A stretch of 64,000 nt of DNA from Leptolyngbyaceae cyanobacterium (GCA_965263355.1 CBDHHL010000032.1:1152001-1216000); one strand, 5' to 3'; numbered from the stretch's first letter, positions 49,238 to 59,723 are shown. Notes: generated from the letters alone by a model not told the origin. A program made the numbers and translations.

Positions 49238-49750
49238 TTATTCCTGCTTAAGCAATGGAACCAGATGCATCATATAATCTCGCTTGCCAATGGATACACC
49301 AAGCATGCGAAGAATGTCATAAGCCGTAACCATATGGAAGTAGAAGTTTGGCATTAAAAAATCATTCACATAGGCATTACCAGACATCTCAAGGTATAGC
49401 CCTTGACCAAGATCGATGCGCTTAACTTCATCTAGCTTGTCATCTCCAGCGTTAATATCCGCAAGTAGTCCCTTGGCATTTGTTACGTGTTCGTATGCCC
49501 GTGCTAAGGATAGGACTTCTGAATCTAAATTATCCATCGGTTTGCCGTCACACCACAAAGCAAAGTTGCGTGGTTGATTGCAGGTGAACGCAATCTGTGT
49601 ACCAAAAGGTAACATATCAGCAATAATGCGCTTCTGCAGAAAAGACTCACTCCCACTGAAATGTGTCTGAGCTGACTTTAAGAGGTGCTCAAGCGTCGTT
49701 AGGCGGCTTTGGAAAGTAGTTTTGATTGAATCTATAGTTTGACTTGGCAT
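49238..49750 (-). CDS. DUF1993 (DinB-like) protein
   Basis: DMLPF, PNFYFHMVTAYDILR, GKRDY. Confidence 0.9.
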   Translation of the reverse strand: MPSQTIDSIKTTFQSRLTTLEHLLKSAQTHFSGSESFLQKRIIADMLPFGTQIAFTCNQPRNFALWCDGKPMDNLDSEVLSLARAYEHVTNAKGLLADINAGDDKLDEVKRIDLGQGLYLEMSGNAYVNDFLMPNFYFHMVTAYDILRMLGVSIGKRDYMMHLVPLLKQE

Positions 49751-50037
49751 TTTGTAATCCCCTGAGACGTATTTCGTAGAGTCTAGCGTTGCCCATCACC
49801 TGCAGCAAATAACCTTTGTATCATACCGATCCACTTTCGACGATTGGGTGTATATGGGCGTGGTAATGTTTTAGCCTAGTCTTTCCCTGTCGCAGACAAG
49901 TACTTCTGGTGACATATAGCAGTCTTGTTGTGCCTGACTAACCACCTATTTTATTGGGATTTTGAGGTCAAAATTCAGGGCCTTACGGACTCTTGCCTTC
50001 TGACCCCTGATTCCTTCTTTCAGCAACTGTTGTTATC

Positions 50038-50964
50038 TCATAATGCGTTTTCAAGAAACTTAAGCAATGGAGGAATCACCTGCTCATGGGCATCTTCTTG
50101 GATGTAGTGTCCGGCCTCTTCAATGCGCATCACCTCAGCATTGGGAAAATCCCGTAACCACAAATCGTTAAGGATTTCAGGCCCAAAAGCGACATCTTTC
50201 ATTGGCCAAGCGATAAAAATAGGCTTATGGGCAAAGGCTGCTACCAATTGGTCATGGATGACGGCGACAAAATCGCTAACTCTACCAATCGGTCCTGCGG
50301 GAATTTCCCTGGGAAAGACTAGAATAGCCGTGCGTGATGCCCACGTTGGATGGGGGGCAAGATAGGCATCTTTTTCACGCACACCCAGCCGTTTGGGATA
50401 AACCAAACCATCTTTGAACAAAAACAGTTTTACAAATGCATGGAGACCTTTTACCATCACCTCACCGATAACGGGTGTGCGAAACAATTTGAGGGGTAAT
50501 GGCAACGGCACCTTACTAAGCGGACGATGAACAAATGTGTTGAGCACCACAAGACTACGCACGCGCTCAGGATGGCGGGCCGCCCAAGCCAGGCCAATCG
50601 GCCCGCCCCAGTCTTGCACAATGACGGTCGCGTCCTGCAAATCAAGGGATTCCAACAGGGCTTCACAGCGATCGCAATGATTCGGAATCCGATAAAGCCC
50701 TGGCTCATCAGGCTTTTCTGAACGACCAAACCCCAAGTGGTCCAAAACAATAGCTCGATAGCCTGCTTGGGTAACCGCCTCAATAAAACGGCGATACAAA
50801 TACCCCCAAGTGGGATTGCCATGCACCATCACAATCGGTCGACCATGGCGGGGACCTTCATCTACATAGTGCATGCGGCCATCGACACTATTAAACCAGC
50901 GAGGCTGATAGGGCCAGGTACCACCAAACGTCCAATCTTGGCTTTCTACATTAGTTTTCAACAT
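50038..50964 (-). CDS. Alpha/beta hydrolase, haloalkane dehalogenase-like
   Basis: MHYVDEG, HGNPTW, GFGRSEKP, QDWGG, AGHYIQED. Confidence 0.9.
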   Translation of the reverse strand: MLKTNVESQDWTFGGTWPYQPRWFNSVDGRMHYVDEGPRHGRPIVMVHGNPTWGYLYRRFIEAVTQAGYRAIVLDHLGFGRSEKPDEPGLYRIPNHCDRCEALLESLDLQDATVIVQDWGGPIGLAWAARHPERVRSLVVLNTFVHRPLSKVPLPLPLKLFRTPVIGEVMVKGLHAFVKLFLFKDGLVYPKRLGVREKDAYLAPHPTWASRTAILVFPREIPAGPIGRVSDFVAVIHDQLVAAFAHKPIFIAWPMKDVAFGPEILNDLWLRDFPNAEVMRIEEAGHYIQEDAHEQVIPPLLKFLENAL

Positions 50965-51004
50965 TGATAATCTGCCCGCAGATACTGCCTACGGCTGTAG
51001 CGAT

Positions 51005-51056
51005 ATTATGCACTGATCGGTGCAATATTGACATTATGCACTGGTTAGTGCAATAT
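51005..51056. promoter_or_regulatory. Twin TetR-type operators in the divergent promoter
   Basis: ATTATGCAC-N6-GTGCAATAT at 51005-51028 and 51033-51056, flanking TTGACA at 51028-51033. Confidence 0.8.
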
Positions 51057-51062
51057 AGGGGC

Positions 51063-51644
51063 ATGGTTCGTCCTAGAAAGTTTGAAGAAAAAGAAGTTCG
51101 TATGGCTGCACTGCAAATGTTTCTGCGCAGGGGCTATGCAAGCACATCGTTAAACGATTTGGAAGAGGCTACGGGCATTGGTCGTCGTAGTCTTTACAAC
51201 AGCTTTGGCGACAAACGTACTGTGTTTCTTAGAGCGCTAGAAGATTTTCGGGCGGCAGCTGTTGAACAAAATCTGGCTCCATTAGGCCAACCAGGGGCTG
51301 GATTAGATGCGATTTCATCCACCTTCAATCACCTCCTTAACTTGGCCAAAACCTCAGAAGGTCGACTTGGTTGCCTTATCTGTAATACCTCCCGTGAACC
51401 CATAGCCAACGATGCTGCTGTAGCCGAACAAATCAACCTTTACTTCGCACGAGTTGAACAGGGGTTTGCTCATGTACTCACCACAGCTCAGAAAAATGGC
51501 ACATTACCCACCAACGAAAATGTCACCAGCCTCTCCCGATTTTATCTGGGAGTACTTGTCAGCATTTGTGTCATGGGTCGTGCTGGTGTTCCCCTTGAAA
51601 TACTCCAGGACATTGTGGCCGAAGCCTTGAAAAGAGTCATGTAA
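51063..51644 (+). CDS. TetR/AcrR-family regulator
   Basis: MVRPRKF, GYASTS, SLYNSFGDK, GCLICN; ATG at 51063. Confidence 0.92.
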   Translation: MVRPRKFEEKEVRMAALQMFLRRGYASTSLNDLEEATGIGRRSLYNSFGDKRTVFLRALEDFRAAAVEQNLAPLGQPGAGLDAISSTFNHLLNLAKTSEGRLGCLICNTSREPIANDAAVAEQINLYFARVEQGFAHVLTTAQKNGTLPTNENVTSLSRFYLGVLVSICVMGRAGVPLEILQDIVAEALKRVM

Positions 51645-51663
51645 TTTTTATCAAAATCCCTTT

Positions 51664-51738
51664 CTTGCCCTCAAAGACTTGGGATTCTCTCTAGACCAGG
51701 TCAAGCACCTGATTGTAGATAAGGTCTCCGCAAATCAA
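51664..51738 (+). pseudogene. MerR-family regulator fragment
   Basis: LALKDLGFSLDQVKHLI resembles the MerR wing-helix segment. Confidence 0.5.
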
Positions 51739-52135
51739 ACAACAGGTAACCATCAACACCTAGTGGTCTGTTGGTCTGGCCTATGATTTCTGGCGGATCA
51801 CTAGGGTAAATTAAGCGAATAGCACCATCTAAATCCTACAAAAGTCTAAAAGTCTATATATTTAAGGTTATGGCCAAGACTAGTAATAAAGAGCCCTAGT
51901 GAAGAGGCCTCTAAGCCATGTCTAAGTTGAAATCTGGAGTTTCCTTTGCAATAAAACTGCAGGTCTGGATATAGACAAGGTTTAGATAGGGTTCCCAAAC
52001 CCTAAAACCGGATGCTACGATAAATCTTGGTAAGTTTTCGGCAGAGAAATAAGTTTTGTTACGTTTAATTTTCAGTGACAGGAATATCTCCGTTTAACTC
52101 GCTACACATTTTTCGTTTACTAAGGGGATTTCCTT

Positions 52136-52444
52136 ATGTCTGTTTATGTGGGCAATTTGTCCTATGACGTTACTCGTCAAGATATCGAGGACGTTTTTAA
52201 TGAGTATGGTCGTGTAAACCGGGTTAGTTTACCGACGGATCGTGAAACAGGTCGCCTTCGCGGATTTGCTTTTGTAGAGATGGCCGCTAAAGAGGATGAG
52301 ACCAAAGCCATTGAAGCCCTAGACGGTGCTGAGTGGATGGGTCGCGTCCTGAAAGTTAATGAGGCTAAGCCTCGCAATGCTTCTGCTGGCGGTGGCGGTG
52401 GCGGTGGCGGTGGCGGTGGCAACTATCGCCGCAACTCTTTCTGA
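52136..52444 (+). CDS. rbp: RRM RNA-binding protein with Gly-rich tail (cyanobacterial Rbp)
   Basis: SVYVGNL, RGFAFVEM, LDGAEWMGRVLKVNEA. Confidence 0.95.
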   Translation: MSVYVGNLSYDVTRQDIEDVFNEYGRVNRVSLPTDRETGRLRGFAFVEMAAKEDETKAIEALDGAEWMGRVLKVNEAKPRNASAGGGGGGGGGGGNYRRNSF

Positions 52445-52539
52445 ATATGTATCTGCTAACGAAATGAATATTTTGTTAGTGTTCTTTGCGAGTGGCTGTA
52501 TGGGCCACTCGTTTTTTATGGGTGCTGTTTTGGTGCTCG

Positions 52540-53169
52540 TTACACTATGGGTGTATCGGCTTGATGCCACATGTACAGTGCCAGATAAGATCGATAGGGC
52601 GCAAAATAGGCGGCAGTGCGAATTGTTTTTCGTCGACGACTAGTTAATCGTTCCAGATTTTTGCGTGCGGTGGTATCGCCATCGGGCCAAATGTCTGGAT
52701 CACCAAAGTAGAAAATGCCCATCATATCTGCCGTCCATTGCCCTACTCCCCAAATCTCCGTTAAACATCGGGTGCGTTCATCATGGTCCAACCCGCTCAA
52801 CCGGACCTCATCTAGCTGACTGGACAATGTAGCCAGAGCAATTGCTCGCATGGCCTTGGCTTTGGCAGCTGATAAACCACAATTGCGTAAGCGGTCCGGG
52901 GAAACTGTTGAAAAATATTCGACCAATGGCTGATCTGCCGCACTCTCTACAACTCGCTGCCAAATCGAAGCTGCGGCTTTAACCGATAGTTGTTGCCCCG
53001 CCACGGCACGACACAAGCGTTCTGGAAACGGAGACTCTTGGTTAAGGGTGAGCTGTAGCGGTTTGGTGGTTGCGATCGCAGCCGCTAATTCATCACTAAT
53101 CTCCTGCGCAATCGCCACAAAACGGGTATGGATTGCACGGGACGATGCTAGTAAATCATCGTCAACCAT
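52540..53169 (-). CDS. AlkA-family 3-methyladenine DNA glycosylase
   Basis: GQQLSVKAA, IWGVGQWTADM, WPDGD, PYRSY. Confidence 0.88.
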   Translation of the reverse strand: MVDDDLLASSRAIHTRFVAIAQEISDELAAAIATTKPLQLTLNQESPFPERLCRAVAGQQLSVKAAASIWQRVVESAADQPLVEYFSTVSPDRLRNCGLSAAKAKAMRAIALATLSSQLDEVRLSGLDHDERTRCLTEIWGVGQWTADMMGIFYFGDPDIWPDGDTTARKNLERLTSRRRKTIRTAAYFAPYRSYLALYMWHQADTPIV

Positions 53170-53226
53170 AGGGGCTTACCTTGTGTATGCTCTGGGAAAA
53201 ACGACCGTTCTAGATGTAGACACGAT

Positions 53227-54636
53227 TTAATTCAAATCAGATTCCAGAATATGCTTTGTATTCAACTGTAAACCAATGGAACCAGTCCCTAACCGTAAAA
53301 TATCTTCGTATTGTTCCAACGAGGCTGGATGAGCTTTTTGTTGACAAACCTGCCAATTCATAGCAGTAGCTTGAGTCACCCCATTGTTCTCGTTCAAAGC
53401 CGCAATATAGCAGTGAGCAACACCCTGGCCCGGTCGAGTTTTCTCACTAGTCATCGTTTCCTCAATTTTGACAGATTCTTGAAAATGTTGTCTTGCGGTT
53501 TTGAGCAATACTTGCTGCTCTGCGTCAGAGGTATCTGCAGCGTTTCCTCGTTTCATGAGAGTGATACCCAGGTTGCGATGGAGTGATGCTTGTAAGAATT
53601 GCTCGTTCTCATTCAAACCCTCCATACCCTCTAATTGATTTAAACCAATGCGGAACAGAACTTCTGCATCTAACAAACCACTCAGTTCTCCAAACTCTCC
53701 TGACTCTTCATTGTTAGCTGCTGCTAAACTTAGGGTGCCCATACCGTTTAGGGCAACAATATCTCCTTTGAGTAATCCATCCTGGTATTCAGCTTGAGCT
53801 TCCTGAAACCTTTCTAGATTTTGATATACCTCCGCCAGGTGATTATGGGGTGCTGTAGCATCTGGGTTAAATGCGATCGCTTCTTTAAAATAATCAATCG
53901 CCACATAGAGATTACCCGCCTCTTGTGCCCTTCGCCCCTTCTCATAATAGAAATTAGAAAATTTAGGCAGAGAGTTATACATACCGTAGGACCCCAAAAG
54001 TAATAAAAGAGAGGCACCTAAGGTCACTTCTGAATGAAAATGAGTAGGAATATTGAGCTTTTTTAATATGCTCTTTACAAATGTCTGACCACGATTTGTC
54101 AGGGCTCCTCCGGCGATTAATACAAGCCCCGTCGCTTGGGACAGGGTGCTCAGAGTTTGTATCAAATCAAACCCACCAACTACGGAAAAAGCTTGGGCCG
54201 TAATGGTCAAAAAAGATGCTGATGTCACCAAACTACCAGCACTTAAAAAGTTCCATAGCCAGTCCAAGCGATCCAATGCATGGATTTTAGTTTCTGGGAC
54301 AGCATCCTCCAACCACCACCACCAGGCTGTTTCGCTAGGTTGACGGCTGCGACGGCAGTCAGCCAGCATATTCTCTTTGGTGAGGGCAGGGGCCAGGTCC
54401 TGCAGTTTATTATCTAACTCACTCAGGACAGCCAAAACCTTGGCCTGCAGACTAATGGAGTTATTAGCCTGTAGCTTAGCCTCAACCGCATCCCGCACTA
54501 ATAGCAGGCGCAGAATTTGCTGCTTCGATATCGTGTCAGAACCTTTATCTAAGCGTGCTAGCTCTTGAGCATAGACCTGTAGTGCTACCTGCACAGGTGC
54601 ATGCTTGGAAAATGATTTAGGGAGTGTTGTAACCAT
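53227..54636 (-). CDS. Membrane-associated TPR protein
   Basis: WWWWL motif, TM segments, TPRs (FKEAIAFNPD...HNHLAEVY). Confidence 0.75.
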   Translation of the reverse strand: MVTTLPKSFSKHAPVQVALQVYAQELARLDKGSDTISKQQILRLLLVRDAVEAKLQANNSISLQAKVLAVLSELDNKLQDLAPALTKENMLADCRRSRQPSETAWWWWLEDAVPETKIHALDRLDWLWNFLSAGSLVTSASFLTITAQAFSVVGGFDLIQTLSTLSQATGLVLIAGGALTNRGQTFVKSILKKLNIPTHFHSEVTLGASLLLLLGSYGMYNSLPKFSNFYYEKGRRAQEAGNLYVAIDYFKEAIAFNPDATAPHNHLAEVYQNLERFQEAQAEYQDGLLKGDIVALNGMGTLSLAAANNEESGEFGELSGLLDAEVLFRIGLNQLEGMEGLNENEQFLQASLHRNLGITLMKRGNAADTSDAEQQVLLKTARQHFQESVKIEETMTSEKTRPGQGVAHCYIAALNENNGVTQATAMNWQVCQQKAHPASLEQYEDILRLGTGSIGLQLNTKHILESDLN

Positions 54637-54693
54637 GCCTGGATTCCGTCTATGATCCGGAATAGTTGATGTTCTTACAGGTATACTGTTCCC

Positions 54694-56097
54694 TTATAGG
54701 GGTAGCAGAACAATAAAACAGGTACGACCTGGAACTGATTCAAGTAATAGACTACCTCCATGCCGTTTTTCAACGATCCGCTGCGCTACATCCAACCCTA
54801 AACCAGTCCCCTTCCCCATCGGTTTGGTGGTAAAAAAAGGCTCCGTCAATCGACTTTGGATTTCCTCCGGAATACCTGGCCCATTATCTTCTACCTCCAC
54901 CCGTAGACAGTCATTCTCTTTACAGGTACGAATAATAATTTTCGGTGACTCTCCAGAAAAACTCTCGTTCAAAGCATCAATTGCATTATCGATAATGTTT
55001 GTCCACACTTGGTTTAGTTCACTTCCAAAGGCCATAATCTCTGGTAGGTTTTGAGCATAGTGGCGTTCCACTGTAATGCCATGTTTAAGCTTAAAGACAA
55101 ATAAACGCAGGGTATCTTCAATGCCATCATGGATATCGATCTGCTGTTGAGCAGCGCGATCCATATAGGAATATGCCTTCATTGATTGAATCAGGGTGGA
55201 AATACGATCGGCCCCATCCAATCCACTTTTGATCATGCCCATGACGTCAAATGATAACGCTAGCCAACGTAGCCCCATCTCCCGCAGTTCAGTGGGATCA
55301 TCGCGCCAACGAGCCATCAATTCATCGAGCTTGGCTGGGTCAACATGTCCAGCGGCTAAGGGGTCTACTAACGTCCAGGCATCTTCGATGCCATAGTCTT
55401 CTAGCCAGTCGGTTAAGGCATCTTCTCGATCACTTTGAGCGAGTGGGTCATTATTAGGATGCGCAATTGCATCAAATCCGCGATCGCGCACTTTTAGCCA
55501 CTCTTCAGTATGCTCATCGTCTACCTGTCGCTGACCGTACACCAGGTTCATACGCTGCAGTTCTAACATGGCAGGTTGTAGATCTTTCATGGCTCGCACC
55601 AGGGCGGCGGCTGGGTTATTGAGTTCATGGGCCAGACCTGCTGACAATGTGCCCAGGGCTGCCATTTTCTCACGGGTTTGAATCAAGGTTTGCAGCCCCC
55701 GCAGGCGCTTACTAACCGTGCGAAAAATATCTCGTTCAAATTCTCGGCAACTGTGGAGAACGTCTAAAAACTCTTCACAGTTTAGCTGGTATAAATCGAC
55801 TTCTGTGTCGGCGGTTAGGGTGACGGGTACTACATCTTCTGTAAGGACTTGAATCTCGCCAAAAAACGATGGGCTTTCATGGCGACCCACGGGCATATCC
55901 ATGCCATTGCTCTGGTGGCTGACGGTAATTTGGCCACTGAGCTGGATAAAGAAGCCTTGGGGCCGATCGCCTTCTTTGACCAGGATTTCGCCTGCGGTTA
56001 AGTGGAGGGGGGAGGCGCGATCGCAAATCCAATCTAACCGCTTCCGAGGCAATGTCCGAAACTCTGGTATTTGCAGTAGAGATTCGACACAGAGCAT
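54694..56097 (-). CDS. cNMP-domain sensor histidine kinase
   Basis: FFGE cNMP fold, AGLAHELNNPAAA, NQVWTNIIDNAIDA, PFFTTK, GTGLGL. Confidence 0.93.
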   Translation of the reverse strand: MLCVESLLQIPEFRTLPRKRLDWICDRASPLHLTAGEILVKEGDRPQGFFIQLSGQITVSHQSNGMDMPVGRHESPSFFGEIQVLTEDVVPVTLTADTEVDLYQLNCEEFLDVLHSCREFERDIFRTVSKRLRGLQTLIQTREKMAALGTLSAGLAHELNNPAAALVRAMKDLQPAMLELQRMNLVYGQRQVDDEHTEEWLKVRDRGFDAIAHPNNDPLAQSDREDALTDWLEDYGIEDAWTLVDPLAAGHVDPAKLDELMARWRDDPTELREMGLRWLALSFDVMGMIKSGLDGADRISTLIQSMKAYSYMDRAAQQQIDIHDGIEDTLRLFVFKLKHGITVERHYAQNLPEIMAFGSELNQVWTNIIDNAIDALNESFSGESPKIIIRTCKENDCLRVEVEDNGPGIPEEIQSRLTEPFFTTKPMGKGTGLGLDVAQRIVEKRHGGSLLLESVPGRTCFIVLLPL

Positions 56098-56099
56098 AG

Positions 56100-56264
56100 T
56101 TACTCTCCCTCGCCTGTTAACGCCACATAGCTACCCGAGGCAATCCCTTCAATGCGTCCCCCTTTGATACTGCGGGTCAGCACATAAAAAATGCCGGGAC
56201 CAGGGGTAATGGCTAGCACAATGGCAGCACTGAGAAACAGTGAGAAGGTAGCAAAATCTGGCAT
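56100..56264 (-). pseudogene. LysE-family translocator, 5' fragment (54 aa)
   Basis: MPDFATFSLFLSAAIVLAITPGPGIFYVLTRSIKGGRIEGIAS, then early stop. Confidence 0.75.
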
Positions 56265-56468
56265 AGGAAACACCTAGTTATGAGGCCAATAGGTTATCTA
56301 ACGTTAATTTGTGTTCTTTTTAACTCTTTTTATAAAAAATGACGTTCAAGTTCCTGCAGCTATTTTAGCGGGTTTAACTCAGAGTTAAACCGTCACAGAA
56401 CTTAGCGTGACTAACGAAGAACGCTATGATTAAGCGGGGCATCCTAAGGTCCAATCAAGCGCTCAGCC

Positions 56469-57119
56469 ATGACCATCTCTCTAGAAAAAGGCACCACCTT
56501 AATCCACCAGCGGCACCATGCCACATGGCAAGATTACATTGCCCTGCGAGATAGCCAGGTAAACGACTGGCGCAAGATTGCGTTTTATCAAGGATGGCTC
56601 TGGGCTGACATGGGCAAGGAAGGACCGAATCATGCCTCGTTTAGCGATTTAGTAACGGCAATTTTCTTTATCTGGGCTTTCTTATATCCCGACGAGGTCT
56701 ATCAATCCTATGGGCGTTGCTTAATTGAGCAACCAGAAACTCAGGCTTGCGCGCCAGACTTGGTGCTCTACAAGGGTGACAATATTCCTAAATGGCAATT
56801 GGGTGAACCCAGACGGATTAGTACAACTCGTCATCGGCTGCCAGACTTGGTCGGTGAAATTGGAGACACCACGCTGAGTCTAGATTTAGATGAACAGAAA
56901 CAACTCTATGCTAGTTTAGGCATCCCCGAGTACTGGGTGATTGATGTAAAAGGAATGCGGCTATTTGCGTTTGGTTTAACTGAATCAGGCAGCTATCAAT
57001 CAATTGAGGTTTCGCGAGTACTCCCAGGGCTAAAACTCTCTCTAGTAGAACAAACACTAGAACGGTTAGAAACAGAAACTAATACAGCTGCCGCTAATTG
57101 GCTACGACAACAATTATAA
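56469..57119 (+). CDS. Uma2-family endonuclease
   Basis: ATWQDY, APDLVLY, PDLVGEI, LYASLGIPEYWVID. Confidence 0.9.
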   Translation: MTISLEKGTTLIHQRHHATWQDYIALRDSQVNDWRKIAFYQGWLWADMGKEGPNHASFSDLVTAIFFIWAFLYPDEVYQSYGRCLIEQPETQACAPDLVLYKGDNIPKWQLGEPRRISTTRHRLPDLVGEIGDTTLSLDLDEQKQLYASLGIPEYWVIDVKGMRLFAFGLTESGSYQSIEVSRVLPGLKLSLVEQTLERLETETNTAAANWLRQQL

Positions 57120-57699
57120 ACAGAGTCAAGAAACTAATTCTCTGTTCTCTCTAATTGTGCTCAAATATTTAAGCCATTTGATCTTGCTCATAAAGATATT
57201 GCTGAAAATCTACAAAAACCTGGCTGATCTCGCCTACACTGCCCAATTCTGCAACAGCATCACGTTACGTCCGCAGTGAGGTCGCAATTGACTGCAATAG
57301 ATTTCGCTCAGGGGAAGGGGGAAGCAGGACTATATTAACTTTATTTGCTTTGAAGCACTTTTTATACTGATATATAAGGGGTTCAGACTTTACTAGCCGA
57401 TAGTCTAGATTTGCTTTGAAGCACTTTTTTGCTTGTTTTTCAAAGATTTTAGGCTACTAGATAAACTTCCTGAACTTTCTAGCGATCGCACCAATCCACC
57501 ACTGCCTCTTTTGACAAGGCAATCGCCAAAGAACTCGATAAAGACTGAAATCCTGACGTTTGAATGTGTTGCATTGCTTTAGCTTAGCTCAACCAGCAAA
57601 CCTAGAACTGTACTTATAGTCTAAATTGCAAGCCATGAGATATGCCTTGGAAGTGGTGCGTGACTCATACACCCTACCTGGCTAGAAAAGCTCACTAAA

Positions 57700-58299
57700 T
57701 CAACTAATATTCTTTATAAGAAAATCTTTCAAAGGCTTAGTATAAGAATTTTCAATAATCCACAATCTATTATCTAAGTAATCTCTTTCCCTTTCTTTGA
57801 TTTTATTTGATTCATTTTTAGTAAGAATAGCCTCGCAATAAGCATAGATCTTTGACTTCTTATTCAGACGCGTATATTGACCACAATGATCAACACAAGT
57901 TTGATAATTATCAAAGCAGGCTAGTAGGGGATGATGCTCCGGATTGGTACAAGCCAACAATAAGTCTTCTAAGGTGCCTTCATCCTTATCATTTGGAAAA
58001 AGGAAATTTTCTAACAGTAAATCAATCTGAAACTCACGATTTATTTTAGTCTTAAGAGCGCTAATCATTTTAAGTTTTTCTAACCGATTTCGATCAGCAT
58101 CTAAGATAACTATATTGCTGTCTCCATCCTCAAATGTTCGTCTAATATCAACCTCATATTTTGGTAAACTTTGCCAGTTTCCCATACGAACAAACTTAAT
58201 AGGTGAGGATTGCTGTGGAATAACTACTTTAATAAAGTCACTGATGAACTTTTCATCAGCATCTCCTTCAACGTATATATAATTCATACGAGCATTCAT
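57700..58299 (-). CDS. DUF3226-like TOPRIM-fold protein
   Basis: IYVEGDAD, VILDAD, FLFPN...GTLEDLL, KSKIYAY; AT-rich. Confidence 0.7.
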   Translation of the reverse strand: MNARMNYIYVEGDADEKFISDFIKVVIPQQSSPIKFVRMGNWQSLPKYEVDIRRTFEDGDSNIVILDADRNRLEKLKMISALKTKINREFQIDLLLENFLFPNDKDEGTLEDLLLACTNPEHHPLLACFDNYQTCVDHCGQYTRLNKKSKIYAYCEAILTKNESNKIKERERDYLDNRLWIIENSYTKPLKDFLIKNIS

Positions 58300-58310
58300 A
58301 TAACTGAAAA

Positions 58311-59396
58311 TTATTTACCACGTATTTCTATATCGCTCTCAATACTTGCTTCAAGATTTTCAAAAGCATACTGATAAAGTCTATGTGTGCCAGTATCGCC
58401 TCTTGCCAGTGAGTAAAGTCTTATATCTTCTTTAGAATAATTATTCTCTGACATTACAGTCATAAGAACTTTAATAGCCTCATAGCTGTGTGTTGCAATA
58501 AACATTTGTACATTAGAATCTCTAGAAACTTCTAACATTGACTTCCAAAGAAGCTTAAGCGTTTTATAATGGAGCCCATTCTCAATTTCATCAACCATCA
58601 AAAATCCATCTTCTGAAATTAGAATATTAGCCATTGCTGAACAGGCTTTAAGGAAACCATCACCCATTAAACTTATCGGAATCATTTGCTCAATACCGAT
58701 ATCGATGTAAACGAGCTTATTAAGTCCAAGAGCTATATCTTCTACTTTAGGATCAATTATCTTCAAAAACTTTATTAGGATATCTTTCCGCTTATCTCTT
58801 TGGAGACGATTAACTCTATCTGACAGAGCCCCCCAAAAATCATACCCATTTAAAATTCTTCCATTTAGCTTTTCCTTATAATCAGAATTTAAGGTGATTT
58901 TCAGGATGCCTTGATCAAAATATAACTTGGAAGTATAAACACTCTCTTCATTTACTCCATGAGTAAACTGATAACTTACACCTGAAGCCTCTTGGGAAAT
59001 TCTGGTATCAGAAGCAGCAGAAGTTTCATTTAGAGACTCAGTGGTACTATCTTTATTGGTAAATTGCTCTACAACTGTATTCGAAAATAGAGGTGAGATT
59101 TTTAATTTACGTTTCCCATCTTTTTTCTCAAAAGCTTCAAGAATAATTGTATTATTTGTATCTAAATTTCTGAAATTAAATTTCAAGTCATTAGCTTCGG
59201 TAGACGTTAGCCCTCTAAAGTTATTGATGCTTGCATAGAGTTGTGGATTGGACATTCCAATTAGCAAAAAAATTGACTCTAAGATTGTTGTCTTGCCTGA
59301 ATTATTAGGCCCAACAAAAATATTGATTCGCCTTAAGTCTGATATTTTAAGACTTTGAATACCTCTTAAATTTTGAATAGATAAGTTCTCAAACAT
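58311..59396 (-). CDS. ABC-type AAA ATPase (AAA_15/AAA_21)
   Basis: GPNNSGKTT, MGDG signature, VDEIENGLH, IATHS; AT-rich. Confidence 0.88.
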   Translation of the reverse strand: MFENLSIQNLRGIQSLKISDLRRINIFVGPNNSGKTTILESIFLLIGMSNPQLYASINNFRGLTSTEANDLKFNFRNLDTNNTIILEAFEKKDGKRKLKISPLFSNTVVEQFTNKDSTTESLNETSAASDTRISQEASGVSYQFTHGVNEESVYTSKLYFDQGILKITLNSDYKEKLNGRILNGYDFWGALSDRVNRLQRDKRKDILIKFLKIIDPKVEDIALGLNKLVYIDIGIEQMIPISLMGDGFLKACSAMANILISEDGFLMVDEIENGLHYKTLKLLWKSMLEVSRDSNVQMFIATHSYEAIKVLMTVMSENNYSKEDIRLYSLARGDTGTHRLYQYAFENLEASIESDIEIRGK

Positions 59397-59582
59397 CCCA
59401 CTAAATTTAAACTGAATACACTGCCAAGTAATTGAGATAAAGCGTATATTTATTGATGGTCAGTAAATAGTCAACTGTACACTCCACCAAATATATTCAA
59501 CTTAAGCATCTAAATATCCCTTTTCGAAGTTAGTTTAAAAATATTTTTGATTCTATGTCTACAAGTACAACTTCGGCACTAG

Positions 59583-59714
59583 TTAAACATTCGCCAAATA
59601 TCGATGCACAAACTGCACACAAATCACCCTTTCACCCACACCATACGCCACTCGCTTCACCGCCCCATGGTACACACCACCGTAAAAAATCCCCGGCACA
59701 TTTGTCTCCAACAA
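59583..59714 (-). repeat. Diverged duplicate of the 3' end of the RR-thioredoxin reductase gene
   Basis: Aligns with about 60874-61007 (AAACATT.GCCAAAT.TCGATG.ACAAACTGCACACAAATC...CGCTTCACCG.CCCATGG...GTCTCCAACAA). Confidence 0.85.
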
Positions 59715-59723
59715 CAATAAATT

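Noticed and set aside
52177..52643. Poly-Pro and (AV)n/(AT)n ORFs
   Set aside because: Frame shadows of the GGCGGT poly-Gly tract of rbp
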